DNA from: Clostridia bacterium
GTDB lineage: Bacteria; Bacillota; Clostridia; TANB77; CAG-508
Direction of reading: 5' to 3'
NCBI GenBank assembly: GCA_017469445.1
Contig: JAFUGK010000015.1
Coordinates: 75,964 to 139,963 of the forward strand
Length of the DNA stretch: 64,000 nucleotides
This document shows positions 29,803 through 40,851 of the stretch, piece by piece. The position numbers were made by a program, and so were the translations under genes. The notes below the pieces were generated by a model that made no database searches, was not told the DNA's origin, and saw nothing but the letters and a program-made list of their open reading frames with translations. Numbering within the stretch: the stretch's first letter is position 1; every line of letters starts with the position of its first letter.

Positions 29803-31205
29803 CTTCTTTCTCTTCTCAATACTAAATATAATAAATCCAAAAACTTTTTCCTATTCTTCAAAAAATATACTAAATAAAATGCTAGATATGAAACTAATCC
29901 CAATATGTAATTAATACTTGTTCCAACCATAAAAATACTCACTCCTAGCATCAAAATTGGTAATGTGTTATTTTTTATAATTCCCATTTTATTTCTTAAT
30001 AACATTTCAGAATCAATTGCTCTATGGGCCATTACAATTAAAGTTATTATCGAAATTCCTATAATACTTTTTGAAAACATACATAATACAACAAATATAA
30101 CAATACTAATAGTATTATCTATCATCATTCTTTTTTCTTCTCTTAGTATTTTATAATATGTATTATTCATCAATATTGTTTTTCCTTGGAAAATTACAAT
30201 AGCAAATAATATATTTAAATAGGCTAATACATTCATATATTTAGGGAACACTAATATTATTCCATAATAAGCTATAAAATACAAAACTAATCCTGTCAAT
30301 GCAATAATATCATAATATTTATTGATAACATTAAACTGTTTCCCGTAATCTTTTTTTTCCATACGTTTTAGCATAGGATACATTACTGTACTAACACTTA
30401 TAAAACATACTAATAATAAATTAATAATCATCATTCCAAAAGAATAGTATGCATAATCTTCTACTTCGTTAAATTGTTCAACAAAAATCTTTCCAATATT
30501 AGAAAGGATTAATGCCATAAAGCTCGCTATCATCAAGCTAATTCCAGTTTTAATATTATTAAAAAATTCTTCTATTCCAGTTTTAATTTTTTCCTTTTTA
30601 CCAAATATTATTTCTTTATTTTCATATATCATAAATATTGTGGTAAGTACAGAAGAAATAATATCAGCCCAAATAAGATATAGATATGATTCTTCATTTA
30701 TGAAGAAAATACTTCCTAATAACAAAATAAATATAACCTTATCTATCAGTGAGTATAGACAATACTTCTTTATATTGTTAGTAATCTGAAATACATATAT
30801 TAATGTTCCATATATTCCCTTTATTGGTATATTAAATACTACTAACATTAAAGCTAGACTTTTATCACTATAATTAAAAAAGTATAATAATAATATTCCT
30901 ATTATTGTTTCTATTACTAAGCATACGAAAAAAATGCTTATAGAACTTCTAAACTTTTTCCTTGGAAGATCTTTGTAATCATAATTTCCATATCTTAAAT
31001 ATATTCCATCATTAAACCCCCAATAGAATAATCCTATGTATGGCAAATACAACAAATATATCTGCCAATATCCAAAAGACTCTACAGAGACCAATAATGG
31101 TATAATAAAAGATTTTATTAAACTTGTTATTAATACTAAGCCTTGTGTTACAATTGCTATCTTAGTATTCTTTATCGCTTCTTCTTTTATTATTTCTTGA
31201 GTCAT
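29799..31205 (-). CDS. wzx: Oligosaccharide flippase (Wzx / MOP superfamily)
   Basis: 468 aa, about 12-14 TM helices, at the usual position in the locus. Confidence 0.7.
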   Translation of the reverse strand: MTQEIIKEEAIKNTKIAIVTQGLVLITSLIKSFIIPLLVSVESFGYWQIYLLYLPYIGLFYWGFNDGIYLRYGNYDYKDLPRKKFRSSISIFFVCLVIETIIGILLLYFFNYSDKSLALMLVVFNIPIKGIYGTLIYVFQITNNIKKYCLYSLIDKVIFILLLGSIFFINEESYLYLIWADIISSVLTTIFMIYENKEIIFGKKEKIKTGIEEFFNNIKTGISLMIASFMALILSNIGKIFVEQFNEVEDYAYYSFGMMIINLLLVCFISVSTVMYPMLKRMEKKDYGKQFNVINKYYDIIALTGLVLYFIAYYGIILVFPKYMNVLAYLNILFAIVIFQGKTILMNNTYYKILREEKRMMIDNTISIVIFVVLCMFSKSIIGISIITLIVMAHRAIDSEMLLRNKMGIIKNNTLPILMLGVSIFMVGTSINYILGLVSYLAFYLVYFLKNRKKFLDLLYLVLRRERR

Positions 31206-31232
31206 TCTTTTATTCCTTTCAATTATTCTTTT

Positions 31233-32360
31233 TTAATGCTTATTCCAAACTGTTCTATTCACTATATCTGTATAACTTTGTATTATTTTTACTACTTTAA
31301 CAGAAACATTCGTATCTGCATAATCTTCTGCCATTACAACTTCTTCTTTATTATCTCTCATTGATACAGCAAGTTCTAGTGCCTGCTCTACTGTTTTGTC
31401 TGTAATTCCGCCTATTACTACTGTTCCTTTATCTAAAACCTCTGGTCTTTCTGTTGATGTTCTTATTAATACACCTGCGAATCCTAACATTGCACTTTCT
31501 TCAGATAATGTTCCACTATCTGAAAGTACACAATATGCATTTTTTTGAAGTTTATTATAGTCCATAAATCCAAAAGGTTTTAAATTTTGGACTAATGGAT
31601 GGAATTTGAAACCTCTTTTATCTATAAATTTCTGACTTCTCGGATGTGTTGAATATATTACTGGCATTTGATATTTTTCTGCAATATCATTTATAGCTGT
31701 CATTAATGACATGAAGTTTCCTTCATTATCTATATTTTCTTCTCTATGTGAAGATAATAAAATATATTTATTAGACTCTAATTTTAATCTTTCTAGTACA
31801 TCACTTTTCTCTATTTTTTCTGCATGATCTCTTAACACTTCTCTCATAGGTGAGCCTGTTACAAATATTGTTTTTCCATCAATTCCTTCTGCTAGCAAAT
31901 ATCTTCTTGAATGTTCTGTATATGGAAGATTTATATCTGATATATGGTCAACTATTTTTCTATTAATCATTTCAGACACATTCCAATCCCAGCAACGATT
32001 ACCTGCTTCCATATGGAAAATAGGTATTTTTAATCTTTTTGCAGAAATTGCTGATAATGCAGAGTTTGTATCACCTAATATCAATATCGCATCTGGCTTT
32101 TCTTTTTGCATAACCTCATAAGATTTTGCAATTATATTTCCCATTGTCTCGCCTAAATCTTTTCCAACACTATCTAAATAGTAATTTGGTTCTCTCAAAC
32201 CTAAATCTTCAAAAAATACTTGGTTTAATGTATAATCCCAATTTTGACCTGTATGTACTAAAATATGATTAAAATACTTGTCTGCACATTTTATTACCGC
32301 TGATAATCTTATTATTTCTGGTCTAGTTCCTATTATTGTCATTAATTTTAATTTTTCCAT
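31233..32360 (-). CDS. wecB: UDP-N-acetylglucosamine 2-epimerase (non-hydrolysing; Cap5G/FnlC-like)
   Basis: IIGTRPEIIRLS...HMEAGNRCWDWNVSEMINRK. 375 aa. Confidence 0.85.
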   Translation of the reverse strand: MEKLKLMTIIGTRPEIIRLSAVIKCADKYFNHILVHTGQNWDYTLNQVFFEDLGLREPNYYLDSVGKDLGETMGNIIAKSYEVMQKEKPDAILILGDTNSALSAISAKRLKIPIFHMEAGNRCWDWNVSEMINRKIVDHISDINLPYTEHSRRYLLAEGIDGKTIFVTGSPMREVLRDHAEKIEKSDVLERLKLESNKYILLSSHREENIDNEGNFMSLMTAINDIAEKYQMPVIYSTHPRSQKFIDKRGFKFHPLVQNLKPFGFMDYNKLQKNAYCVLSDSGTLSEESAMLGFAGVLIRTSTERPEVLDKGTVVIGGITDKTVEQALELAVSMRDNKEEVVMAEDYADTNVSVKVVKIIQSYTDIVNRTVWNKH

Positions 32361-32361
32361 G

Positions 32362-33471
32362 TTATACCTCCATAAAATATGTATCTGGTTTATCTGGATT
32401 GTAGTTTTCGTTTGCCCACATAATTGTTACCATATCTGAATCTCCAACATTTTCTATACTATGCGTATACCCAACTGGTATATCAACAACTTGTAGTTTC
32501 TCTCCACTAACATTGTATTCTATTACTTCGTCTGAATCATATTTTCTAAAGCATATTTTTCCTTTTCCACTTACCACCAAAAATTTTTCATTTTTTGTAT
32601 TATGCCAATGATTTCCTTTAACAATACCTGGATGAGAAATGTTTACAGATACTTGTCCTTGTCCATTTGTCCTTAAAAACTCTGTAAATGATCCTCTATT
32701 ATCCACATGCATTTCTAAATCATAAATAAATTGATTTTTAGGAAGATAACTTAAATATGTACTGTACAATTTTTTAGAAAATTCGTCATTCATATTTGCC
32801 ACGCTTAAATCTTTTCTTGAATTCTTAAATGAATATATTAAGTCAACAATTTCTCCAAGTTTTATAGTGTGGACAATTCTTATTTTACAGAATTGTCCTT
32901 CTTTATTATAATTACCATTTAACGCTGCAATAAATTCTTCAACAACATCATCAATATATACCAAATTCATTACTACATTAGGATCATTTACTTTAATAGG
33001 TAAATCATTTGCAATATTATTACAAAATGTTGCAACAGCACTATTATAGTTTGGTCTACACCACTTTCCAAATACATTTGGCAATCTATAAACAATTGCT
33101 TTTGCACCAGTTTCTTTTTCATATTCAAACATTAAATCTTCTCCAGCCTTTTTACTTCTTCCATATGGATTGTCTAATTCAGCTTGGATTGATGAAGTTA
33201 CTAATATTGGTGCCTTATTATTGTTTTCTTTTAATTTTTCTAATAATTTTGATGTAAATCCAAAATTTCCTTCCATGAATTCTTCTTCTTTTTCAGGTCT
33301 ATTAACACCTGCTAAATGAAATACAAATTCACAATCCTTCACATAAGCATTTAATTCTTCATCTGTTGTTTCTCTGTCACATTCATATATTTCGTTATAT
33401 TCTCTATTTTTTAATTCTGCAATTAAATTCTTCCCTACAAATCCTTTTGCACCTGTTACAAGTATTTTCAT
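32362..33471 (-). CDS. Cap5F/FnlB-like bifunctional SDR + cupin enzyme (UDP-L-FucNAc pathway)
   Basis: N-terminal Rossmann KILVTGAKGFVGKNL plus a C-terminal cupin (HPGIVKGNHWH...). Length 369 aa equals Cap5F. Confidence 0.75.
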   Translation of the reverse strand: MKILVTGAKGFVGKNLIAELKNREYNEIYECDRETTDEELNAYVKDCEFVFHLAGVNRPEKEEEFMEGNFGFTSKLLEKLKENNNKAPILVTSSIQAELDNPYGRSKKAGEDLMFEYEKETGAKAIVYRLPNVFGKWCRPNYNSAVATFCNNIANDLPIKVNDPNVVMNLVYIDDVVEEFIAALNGNYNKEGQFCKIRIVHTIKLGEIVDLIYSFKNSRKDLSVANMNDEFSKKLYSTYLSYLPKNQFIYDLEMHVDNRGSFTEFLRTNGQGQVSVNISHPGIVKGNHWHNTKNEKFLVVSGKGKICFRKYDSDEVIEYNVSGEKLQVVDIPVGYTHSIENVGDSDMVTIMWANENYNPDKPDTYFMEV

Positions 33472-33488
33472 AACATTCCTCCTATTTA

Positions 33489-34760
33489 CTATTTTTCAAT
33501 TTTACATTCTAATTCCATAGTTTCTATTTTTTCTGTATTAATTATAGATGCAGCTAAAGCATATACACAAAGCAATATTATCATTTTAGTAGATAACATA
33601 GGTTCAAACATAGATTGAAAGAAAGCTACTATATAGCTTAACAAATACATATAAGTTAACTTTTTATTTTTCTTGTTAGCTGCGACTTTAATAATTGGAT
33701 AAATTGCCAAGGAAATATATATACCGCCTCCTAATACTCCATAGCATAATAATATTTCCAATATATAATTGTGTGCACCCTGATGTCCCCATCCATCAAA
33801 AAATACTGTTGGCCTTCCTGTTCCAATTAATAGATTATTTCTTATTGTTTGTAAAGATTTATAATAAATTTTTTCTCTTGTTAGAGATTTTTCTGATGGT
33901 TGATATGGTGAGTTATAATCACTATTAGTAATCATACTATATATCCTAATTGGATATTCGAATGTCCTTTCAATTACTTTTTTAAATGATGTATTAACAT
34001 TATAAAGCAATACTATAATAACTATACCTAATAAAGTGATTTTAAAAGACATAAAAACTGTTTCTTTATTAATCTTATTATTAATCCACGCATAAAAAAT
34101 GCATTCCACTAAAAGTCCAACTATTCCAAATCTTGAACCTGCCAAAATAAAAAAAACAAATGACAAAACTATTGTTAAACTCTTTAGTATTCCTTCACCT
34201 TTATTTTTTGTACTATAACTTATCACTACAGGTAGGTTTATCAACATGAAGCTAATATAGGTATTGATATTTCCTAATACTGTCGTTGTTCGAATATCAG
34301 TATTAATTATTAACTCAATCATTAATATAAAATTTATGATAAGTATAAATAATTCTATTGGTCGAATTATATCATGAATCTTTATCTTCTTTAAATCTAT
34401 TAATATGTATGTCATCATCGCAAATATTATATAACTTGTCATTGTTATAGATATAGCAAACTCACTATTAAAGAAATAATTTATTATACTGCTTATTATA
34501 GAATAGACTACTAATATAGCTGTTAGTTTTAATATTTTTATACTAATTTTAGATAATTCGCTATATTCTTTTTTTAATACTATTCTATAAAAAAGGTAAA
34601 TGCTCAAAATAGAAAAAGCAATTACAGAAACATTAAGTGTTACTTTTCTTTCTATTATTATATTTAAATCAAAGCTTATATTAAATTGTGTTAAGCATAA
34701 TAATGTAAAAAACAATATTGATATTCTATTAATTTTATATTTTTCTAATATACTATTCAT
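33489..34760 (-). CDS. wzy: O-antigen/capsule polymerase (Wzy-like, O-antigen ligase family)
   Basis: 423-aa polytopic membrane protein with a large periplasmic-loop region. Position in locus fits. Confidence 0.55.
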   Translation of the reverse strand: MNSILEKYKINRISILFFTLLCLTQFNISFDLNIIIERKVTLNVSVIAFSILSIYLFYRIVLKKEYSELSKISIKILKLTAILVVYSIISSIINYFFNSEFAISITMTSYIIFAMMTYILIDLKKIKIHDIIRPIELFILIINFILMIELIINTDIRTTTVLGNINTYISFMLINLPVVISYSTKNKGEGILKSLTIVLSFVFFILAGSRFGIVGLLVECIFYAWINNKINKETVFMSFKITLLGIVIIVLLYNVNTSFKKVIERTFEYPIRIYSMITNSDYNSPYQPSEKSLTREKIYYKSLQTIRNNLLIGTGRPTVFFDGWGHQGAHNYILEILLCYGVLGGGIYISLAIYPIIKVAANKKNKKLTYMYLLSYIVAFFQSMFEPMLSTKMIILLCVYALAASIINTEKIETMELECKIEK

Positions 34761-34794
34761 ACATTACATCCTTATAACTATAAAATATATCATA

Positions 34795-35826
34795 TTATTT
34801 ATTAAATAATTCAATTTCATTTTTAATATAATCCAGCTCTAATAATTTTTGTTTTACTTCATTTACATTCAAAAGCTCAGTATTATTAGAATTAAATTCA
34901 GAAAGCTTTGTTCTTTCTTCATTGCCTGTTACAAAATACTTATCATAGTTTAAATCTCTCTTATCACATGGTACTCTATAGAAATTTCCCATATCTATTG
35001 CATGTGCACATTCTTCGTTTGTTAATAATGTTTCATACATTTTTTCTCCATGTCTTATACCTATTATTCTTGTTTCTTCATTTTCTGCGCCAAACAATTC
35101 TTTTACAGCTTGTGCTAACACTTCTATAGTACATGCTGGTGCTTTTTGTACCATTATATCGCCAGCTTCCGCATTTTTAAAAGCAAACACAACTAATTCA
35201 ACAGCTTCTTCTAAGCTCATAATAAATCTGGTCATTTTAGGTTCTGTTATAGTTAATGGTTTACCTTCTTTTATTTGATCTATAAATAGTGGTATAACAG
35301 ATCCTCTAGAACACATAACATTTCCATATCTAGTAGCACATATTGTTGTTCTTTCTGGATTTACCGTTCTAGATTTGGCTACTATAACTTTTTCCATCAT
35401 AGCTTTTGATGTACCCATTGCATTTACAGGATATGCTGCTTTATCTGTTGAAAGACAAATTACTTTTTTTACCCCTTCTTCTATAGCTGCAGTAAGTACA
35501 TTTTCTGTTCCTAGTACATTAGTTTTTACAGCTTCCAAAGGAAAAAATTCGCAACTTGGAACTTGTTTTAATGCTGCTGCATGAAAAATATAATCTACGC
35601 CATGCATCGCATTTTTTACACTTTGTAAATCCCTTACATCTCCTATATAGAATTTTATTTTATCATTACAGTATTCTTTTCTCATATCATCTTGTTTTTT
35701 TTCATCACGCGAAAATATACGTATTTCTCCTATATCTGTATCTAAAAATCTATCTAATACAGCATGTCCAAATGAACCTGTTCCTCCTGTAATCATTAAT
35801 GTTTTTCCTTTAAACATATTTCTCAT
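34795..35826 (-). CDS. UDP-GlcNAc 4,6-dehydratase/5-epimerase (Cap5E/FnlA-like)
   Basis: LMITGGTGSFGHAVL...IFSRDEKKQ..M. 343 aa. Confidence 0.85.
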   Translation of the reverse strand: MRNMFKGKTLMITGGTGSFGHAVLDRFLDTDIGEIRIFSRDEKKQDDMRKEYCNDKIKFYIGDVRDLQSVKNAMHGVDYIFHAAALKQVPSCEFFPLEAVKTNVLGTENVLTAAIEEGVKKVICLSTDKAAYPVNAMGTSKAMMEKVIVAKSRTVNPERTTICATRYGNVMCSRGSVIPLFIDQIKEGKPLTITEPKMTRFIMSLEEAVELVVFAFKNAEAGDIMVQKAPACTIEVLAQAVKELFGAENEETRIIGIRHGEKMYETLLTNEECAHAIDMGNFYRVPCDKRDLNYDKYFVTGNEERTKLSEFNSNNTELLNVNEVKQKLLELDYIKNEIELFNK

Positions 35827-35831
35827 CCTCT

Positions 35832-37049
35832 CTATTTTAATACTACTTCTTCAAATTTATCTAAAAGCATTTCTTGATCATAGTTTTTATTATGAAATTC
35901 TACTGCCTTTTTTCGCATTGATTGTAGTTCATTTTCTTCTAATTTCATACATTTTTGGATTTGTTCTTTTAATTTTTCTGCATCTCCTGCTGGTATACAA
36001 AATCCCGCTTTAGATTCTTCTATTACTTTCTTAATTTCGCCATCTGCACAACCTAAAATTGGTATTCCACATGCATAATATGATTGCAATTTTGCCGGTA
36101 AAATTTGGTCAGAAATCAAATTCTTTTTTAATGTAATAAATGCCATATCAGCATTAGCATAATACTTAGGAATTTCTTCAGCTGGTTTTTTATCAATAAA
36201 TTTCACATATTCTTGTAATTCTTTTTCTTCCACCTTTTGTTGCAATTCTTTTTTTGCTCTTCCATTACCTATTAAATAAAATACTGCTCCTACATTATCA
36301 TTTTTTAGCAAAGTAGCTGTATTTATAACAATATCTAAACCTTGTGCATATCCTATATTCCCTGCAAAAACGATTTTAAATTTGTTATTATCAAATTCAG
36401 TTATAGGAAATTTATTTTTATCAATAGGTTTATAAAATGCTTCTGCATATTGTGGCCAAAATATAATTTTTTCTTTAGGATGACCTCTTTTACTTATACT
36501 ATCAATAAAACTTTTTGAAGACGTCAATATAAGATTGCATTTTCTATATATTTTATCTACCATTTTACCAATTATGTTCAATATTATTTTATTCTTTAAT
36601 CCTGTAGCAAGTTCTATGCTTTCAGGCCATAAATCCATAACATACATGCAAGTTTCTATCTTTTTTCTTTTTGCATATTTAATACCTGGTATAGCTTGTG
36701 TCATTGGTGATACTTCATAAATAAAAACTTTATCAAATTTTTTTCTAGTAAATCTTGCCCAAAAAGAGCCAGATATCACAAAAGACATGTAATTTAGCAT
36801 TAGCATTATTGGGTTTTTTCCTCTAGGTATTAATGGTATTCTTATGATTTTTACGCCATCTACAATTTCGTTTCTTTTCTTTGTTAACCCATATCCTTTA
36901 TAATACTTTCCCTCCGGATAATTAGGAATTCCAGTAAGTACTGTAACATCATGTCCTCTTTTAACCAATTCCTTACATATATCATTAATTCGAAATTGTT
37001 CTGGATAGTAATATTGTGATATTACTAGTAATTTCATTTTTCTATACAC
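35832..37049 (-). CDS. Glycosyltransferase GT4 (WbuB-like, likely L-FucNAc transferase)
   Basis: MKLLVISQYYYPEQFRINDICKEL N-terminus typical of the WbuB/Cap5 GT group. Confidence 0.65.
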   Translation of the reverse strand: MYRKMKLLVISQYYYPEQFRINDICKELVKRGHDVTVLTGIPNYPEGKYYKGYGLTKKRNEIVDGVKIIRIPLIPRGKNPIMLMLNYMSFVISGSFWARFTRKKFDKVFIYEVSPMTQAIPGIKYAKRKKIETCMYVMDLWPESIELATGLKNKIILNIIGKMVDKIYRKCNLILTSSKSFIDSISKRGHPKEKIIFWPQYAEAFYKPIDKNKFPITEFDNNKFKIVFAGNIGYAQGLDIVINTATLLKNDNVGAVFYLIGNGRAKKELQQKVEEKELQEYVKFIDKKPAEEIPKYYANADMAFITLKKNLISDQILPAKLQSYYACGIPILGCADGEIKKVIEESKAGFCIPAGDAEKLKEQIQKCMKLEENELQSMRKKAVEFHNKNYDQEMLLDKFEEVVLK

Positions 37050-37896
37050 TTCTCCTTATTGACTCATCATTCTCTACAACTATATAGCTAAAGTCTCCTG
37101 ATATTTCTTTTGAGTATACTTTACTTCCAAAAACTTTATTTATAATTGGCATTTTCTTTGATAACACTTTGATTATTGGATTAAAAATTTTTGTAAAATG
37201 TATCTTTTTATTCATAGTTTCTGCCATTATTTTAATTATCTGCTTTGTGCTAATATAATCCCTATTTTGAGGATAAAATATTCCTCTATCTTGATTATCT
37301 ATTACTTGTTTGAAAAATTCGCAAAGATTATCAATATATATCATGCTTCTATTATTTTCTATATTAGGAAAAATCGGCATCTTTGCAAGTTTTTTCAATT
37401 TAGGGAAATTTCCTTTGCATCCTGGTCCATACACCATAGGGGTTCTAACCATTACAACTTTGAATTTTTCATCTTCTAACTCTTGTATCGCCATATCTGC
37501 ATCTAATTTACTTTTTCCATAAAAATCTTCAGAATTTGGGACAGTTTCACTTGTTATAATCTTTTCTCTCCCTATAGGCTCATCTTTACCATAAATTATC
37601 ATACTACTCATAAAAATAAATTGCTTAACTCCATCTTTTTTAGCTTTTTTAGCAATTTCTATAGCTAAATCTCTATTTACTTTATAATATAAATCTTCTA
37701 ATTTAGGATCTGATGATACATGCGCAATTCCTGCCACATGAAGTATTGTATCGTAATTCGAATAATCTTTCTTCTTCCATTCTTCATTTTTTGTGTCAAT
37801 TTCTTCTACTTCATACATATCTTGATAACATTCTAACCATTTTTTACAATTAGAACCAATATAACTATTTTTACCTGTTATTAAAATTTTTTTCAA
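37042..37896 (-). CDS. NAD-dependent epimerase/dehydratase family protein
   Basis: Rossmann motif ILITGKNSYIGSN. Start is probably TTG at 37896 (RBS aggaga 9 nt upstream). The track's ATG at 37947 would overlap the next gene by 38 nt. Confidence 0.55.
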   Translation of the reverse strand: MKKILITGKNSYIGSNCKKWLECYQDMYEVEEIDTKNEEWKKKDYSNYDTILHVAGIAHVSSDPKLEDLYYKVNRDLAIEIAKKAKKDGVKQFIFMSSMIIYGKDEPIGREKIITSETVPNSEDFYGKSKLDADMAIQELEDEKFKVVMVRTPMVYGPGCKGNFPKLKKLAKMPIFPNIENNRSMIYIDNLCEFFKQVIDNQDRGIFYPQNRDYISTKQIIKIMAETMNKKIHFTKIFNPIIKVLSKKMPIINKVFGSKVYSKEISGDFSYIVVENDESIRRSV

Positions 37897-37909
37897 TTCA
37901 CTATTTCTC

Positions 37910-38512
37910 CTATTTATTTTTTTGTTCTCCTTCAACAACTCCATCATGTTTAAAAACTTTTATAATAGTCTTAAAAAATATTTTTATATCAAACCATAAA
38001 GATATTTTATTTGCATACTCTCCATCATATTTTGCCTTAATAGGTATCTCCAACTCATCTCTTCCGTTTACTTGTGCCCACCCTGTTAAGCCTGGTAGTA
38101 TATCATTTGCTCCATATTTATCTCTTTCTGCTATTAAGTCTTCCTGATTCCATAAAGCTGGTCTAGGTCCAATTAAGCTCATATCTCCTTTTAAAATATT
38201 AATTAACTGTGGTAATTCATCTATGCTTGTTTTTCTCATTATAGCACCAAACTTAGTTATGTAAGAATCTGCATTTTTAAGCATATGAGTTGGCATATCT
38301 TTAGGAGTATCTGTACGCATTGTTCTAAATTTATAAATCATAAAATATTTTTTATTTTTAGTTACACGTTTTTGTTTAAAAAATACTGGCCCTTTTGATT
38401 CTATCTTAATTATAATAGCAAATAATATAAAAAATGGTAATAATACTATTAATGCAATTAGTGATAATATAATATCTATAATTCTTTTAAAGACTAAATA
38501 TATTTTTTTCAA
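37910..38512 (-). CDS. Initiating sugar-phosphate transferase (bacterial sugar transferase, WbaP/PglC-like small form)
   Basis: FKRIIDIILSLIALIVLLP...DELPQLINILKGDMSLIGPRP. Confidence 0.85.
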   Translation of the reverse strand: MKKIYLVFKRIIDIILSLIALIVLLPFFILFAIIIKIESKGPVFFKQKRVTKNKKYFMIYKFRTMRTDTPKDMPTHMLKNADSYITKFGAIMRKTSIDELPQLINILKGDMSLIGPRPALWNQEDLIAERDKYGANDILPGLTGWAQVNGRDELEIPIKAKYDGEYANKISLWFDIKIFFKTIIKVFKHDGVVEGEQKNK

Positions 38513-38543
38513 TTTGCTTCACTCCTTATGTAATTTTAATACT

Positions 38544-40424
38544 TTACCCATTTACCTCTTCAGGTTCTTTATATGTTGGTACTATTGCTTTCATTGCGTC
38601 TTTAACACTTTTTCTAGAATATTCTTCATCATATTCTAAAGTATTTAATAAATTAAGTTTTTCTTCTAGCTCCTTCATTTCCATATGCATTGGTTTTGAT
38701 ATAAATATTTTATTATGTTTAGTTGAAGTTAAACCTTCCTCTGCCATAAGTAATTCTTCATATAATTTTTCCCCAGGCCTTAATCCTGTAAATTCTATTT
38801 GAATATCCACTCCAGGTTCATAGCCAGATAACTTAATTAAACTTACTGCTAAATCGTATATTTTGACTGGCTCTCCCATATCTAATACAAATATTTCTCC
38901 ACCATTTGCATATGTTACTGCTTGAAGTATAAGTCCTACTGCTTCTGGTATTGTCATAAAAAATCTTGTTATATCTTTATGTGTAACTGTAACTGGTCCA
39001 CCTTTTTCAATTTGTTTCTTAAATACTGGTATTACAGAGCCATTACTTCCTAATACATTTCCAAATCTAACTGCAACATATTCTGTTTTGCTAACTTTGT
39101 TTTTGGCTTGAACAATCATTTCGCAAACCCTTTTTGATGCTCCCATTACATTTGTTGGGTTTACTGCTTTATCTGTAGATATTAATACAAATTTTTCTGT
39201 TTTGTATTTATCTGCGCTATTTACTACATTGTATGTTCCAAATATATTATTTTTAACGGCTTCTAATGGATTATTTTCCATAAGAGGAACATGCTTATGT
39301 GCTGCGGCATGGAATACTATTGAAGGTTTAAACTCTTCAAACACTTCATCCATACGTTTACTATCTCTTACGCTTGCAACAACTGCTTCTATTTTAGCTT
39401 TTGGATAATTTGCCTTTAATTCTAAGTCTATATCATATAAATTATTTTCATAAATATCTAATATTACTAATTTTTTAGGATTATATTTTATTATTTGCCT
39501 GCAAAGTTCTGAGCCTATTGAGCCACCTCCACCTGTAACAAGTACAGTTCTATCTTTTATTAATGCACTTATACCTTTGTTGTCTAATTTAATTACATCT
39601 CTACCTAATAAATCTTCTATTTCTACATCTCGCAAGCTATTCATTACACCTTGCTTCTCTATAAGTTCTTCTGTTGTTGGAAGTACTCTAGTTTTTACCC
39701 CTGTGTTTTGGCATATTTCTATTATTTTCTTTCTTGATAGTGGTGTTATTCTATTTATAGCAAAAAAGATTAAATTGACTTCCTTTTCTTTTACTACATC
39801 TGGAATATCGTATCTCGTACCAACTACTGGTACACCTAAAATTGTTTTATTCATTTTATTAGTATTATCATCTATAATTCCTACTAAATTATATTTGCTC
39901 TTCATTGAATTTTTTATAGCTATTATTATTTCTCTTGCACCCATGCCAGCACCTATTATTAGTACATTTTCTGGTGTCCCATCTGGTACAGTATTTTTTA
40001 ATCTCTTTTTATACATTATTGCAGTTCTTCTGGCCATTATAGATCTTCCAGCTAATCTATATAGAACAAATGCTCCTGCAACAAATATTCCTGTTAAAAC
40101 ATTTAATCTTAATCCCAAATATTCAAACCTTAATACTTGTCCGAGTAATGATACAGAGATTGTTGAAATAAAGCAAATAAACATGTATTTTATATAATCT
40201 TTACCTATTTCATATCTCATCATGTTTTTATACATTTGCAATATATTTAAAAACAATTCATATACTAAAACTGCTAATGCAATTTCTTTTATTAAATCTA
40301 TTTTACTAATTATATTTATATCTAAAAATAATATTGCTGCTATATAACTGCATATTATTATTACAATATCTGCAAATATTAGCAAAGAATGTCTATATTT
40401 CTTGCCGATATCAATAATTTTCAT
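38544..40424 (-). CDS. Membrane-bound UDP-sugar 4,6-dehydratase (CapD/PglF/WbpM family)
   Basis: Four N-terminal TM helices, then dual Rossmann LVTGGGGSIGSEL. Confidence 0.8.
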   Translation of the reverse strand: MKIIDIGKKYRHSLLIFADIVIIICSYIAAILFLDINIISKIDLIKEIALAVLVYELFLNILQMYKNMMRYEIGKDYIKYMFICFISTISVSLLGQVLRFEYLGLRLNVLTGIFVAGAFVLYRLAGRSIMARRTAIMYKKRLKNTVPDGTPENVLIIGAGMGAREIIIAIKNSMKSKYNLVGIIDDNTNKMNKTILGVPVVGTRYDIPDVVKEKEVNLIFFAINRITPLSRKKIIEICQNTGVKTRVLPTTEELIEKQGVMNSLRDVEIEDLLGRDVIKLDNKGISALIKDRTVLVTGGGGSIGSELCRQIIKYNPKKLVILDIYENNLYDIDLELKANYPKAKIEAVVASVRDSKRMDEVFEEFKPSIVFHAAAHKHVPLMENNPLEAVKNNIFGTYNVVNSADKYKTEKFVLISTDKAVNPTNVMGASKRVCEMIVQAKNKVSKTEYVAVRFGNVLGSNGSVIPVFKKQIEKGGPVTVTHKDITRFFMTIPEAVGLILQAVTYANGGEIFVLDMGEPVKIYDLAVSLIKLSGYEPGVDIQIEFTGLRPGEKLYEELLMAEEGLTSTKHNKIFISKPMHMEMKELEEKLNLLNTLEYDEEYSRKSVKDAMKAIVPTYKEPEEVNG

Positions 40425-40617
40425 CTATAAACAACTCCTTATTTGCATTAATCTTGTTAGCTTTTGTTATTATATATTAAAATATATATTTATTCAATAC
40501 TAATTAAAGAATTTAGTCAAAAAAAGTCGCATATTTTATATTTTTCTTAATACATATTTTTAGCATTTTTACACATAATACTACTGCTAGCATAAATTTA
40601 ATTCTTAGGAGGTAATT

Positions 40618-40806
40618 ATGTCTAGTAATAATAAAAAGAGCTTAATGTCTGCGGCTTTAAAAGAAGAAATTGCAAAAGAACTAGGTGTATATGATCAGGT
40701 AAAAAAAGATGGCGGTTGGAACAATGTATCTTCCAAAACTTGTGGTAAAATTGTAAGTACTGCCATCGAAATTGCCAACAGGAGTGTTGAAAACAAAAAT
40801 AGCTAG
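40618..40806 (+). CDS. ssp: Small acid-soluble spore protein, alpha/beta type
   Basis: EIAKELGV...GG...S...CGKIV...IEIA signature. RBS taggaggt. Confidence 0.85.
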   Translation: MSSNNKKSLMSAALKEEIAKELGVYDQVKKDGGWNNVSSKTCGKIVSTAIEIANRSVENKNS

Positions 40807-40851
40807 TTCTATTCAAAAATAGGAGAGCAATAATTTGCTCTCCTTTCAATT

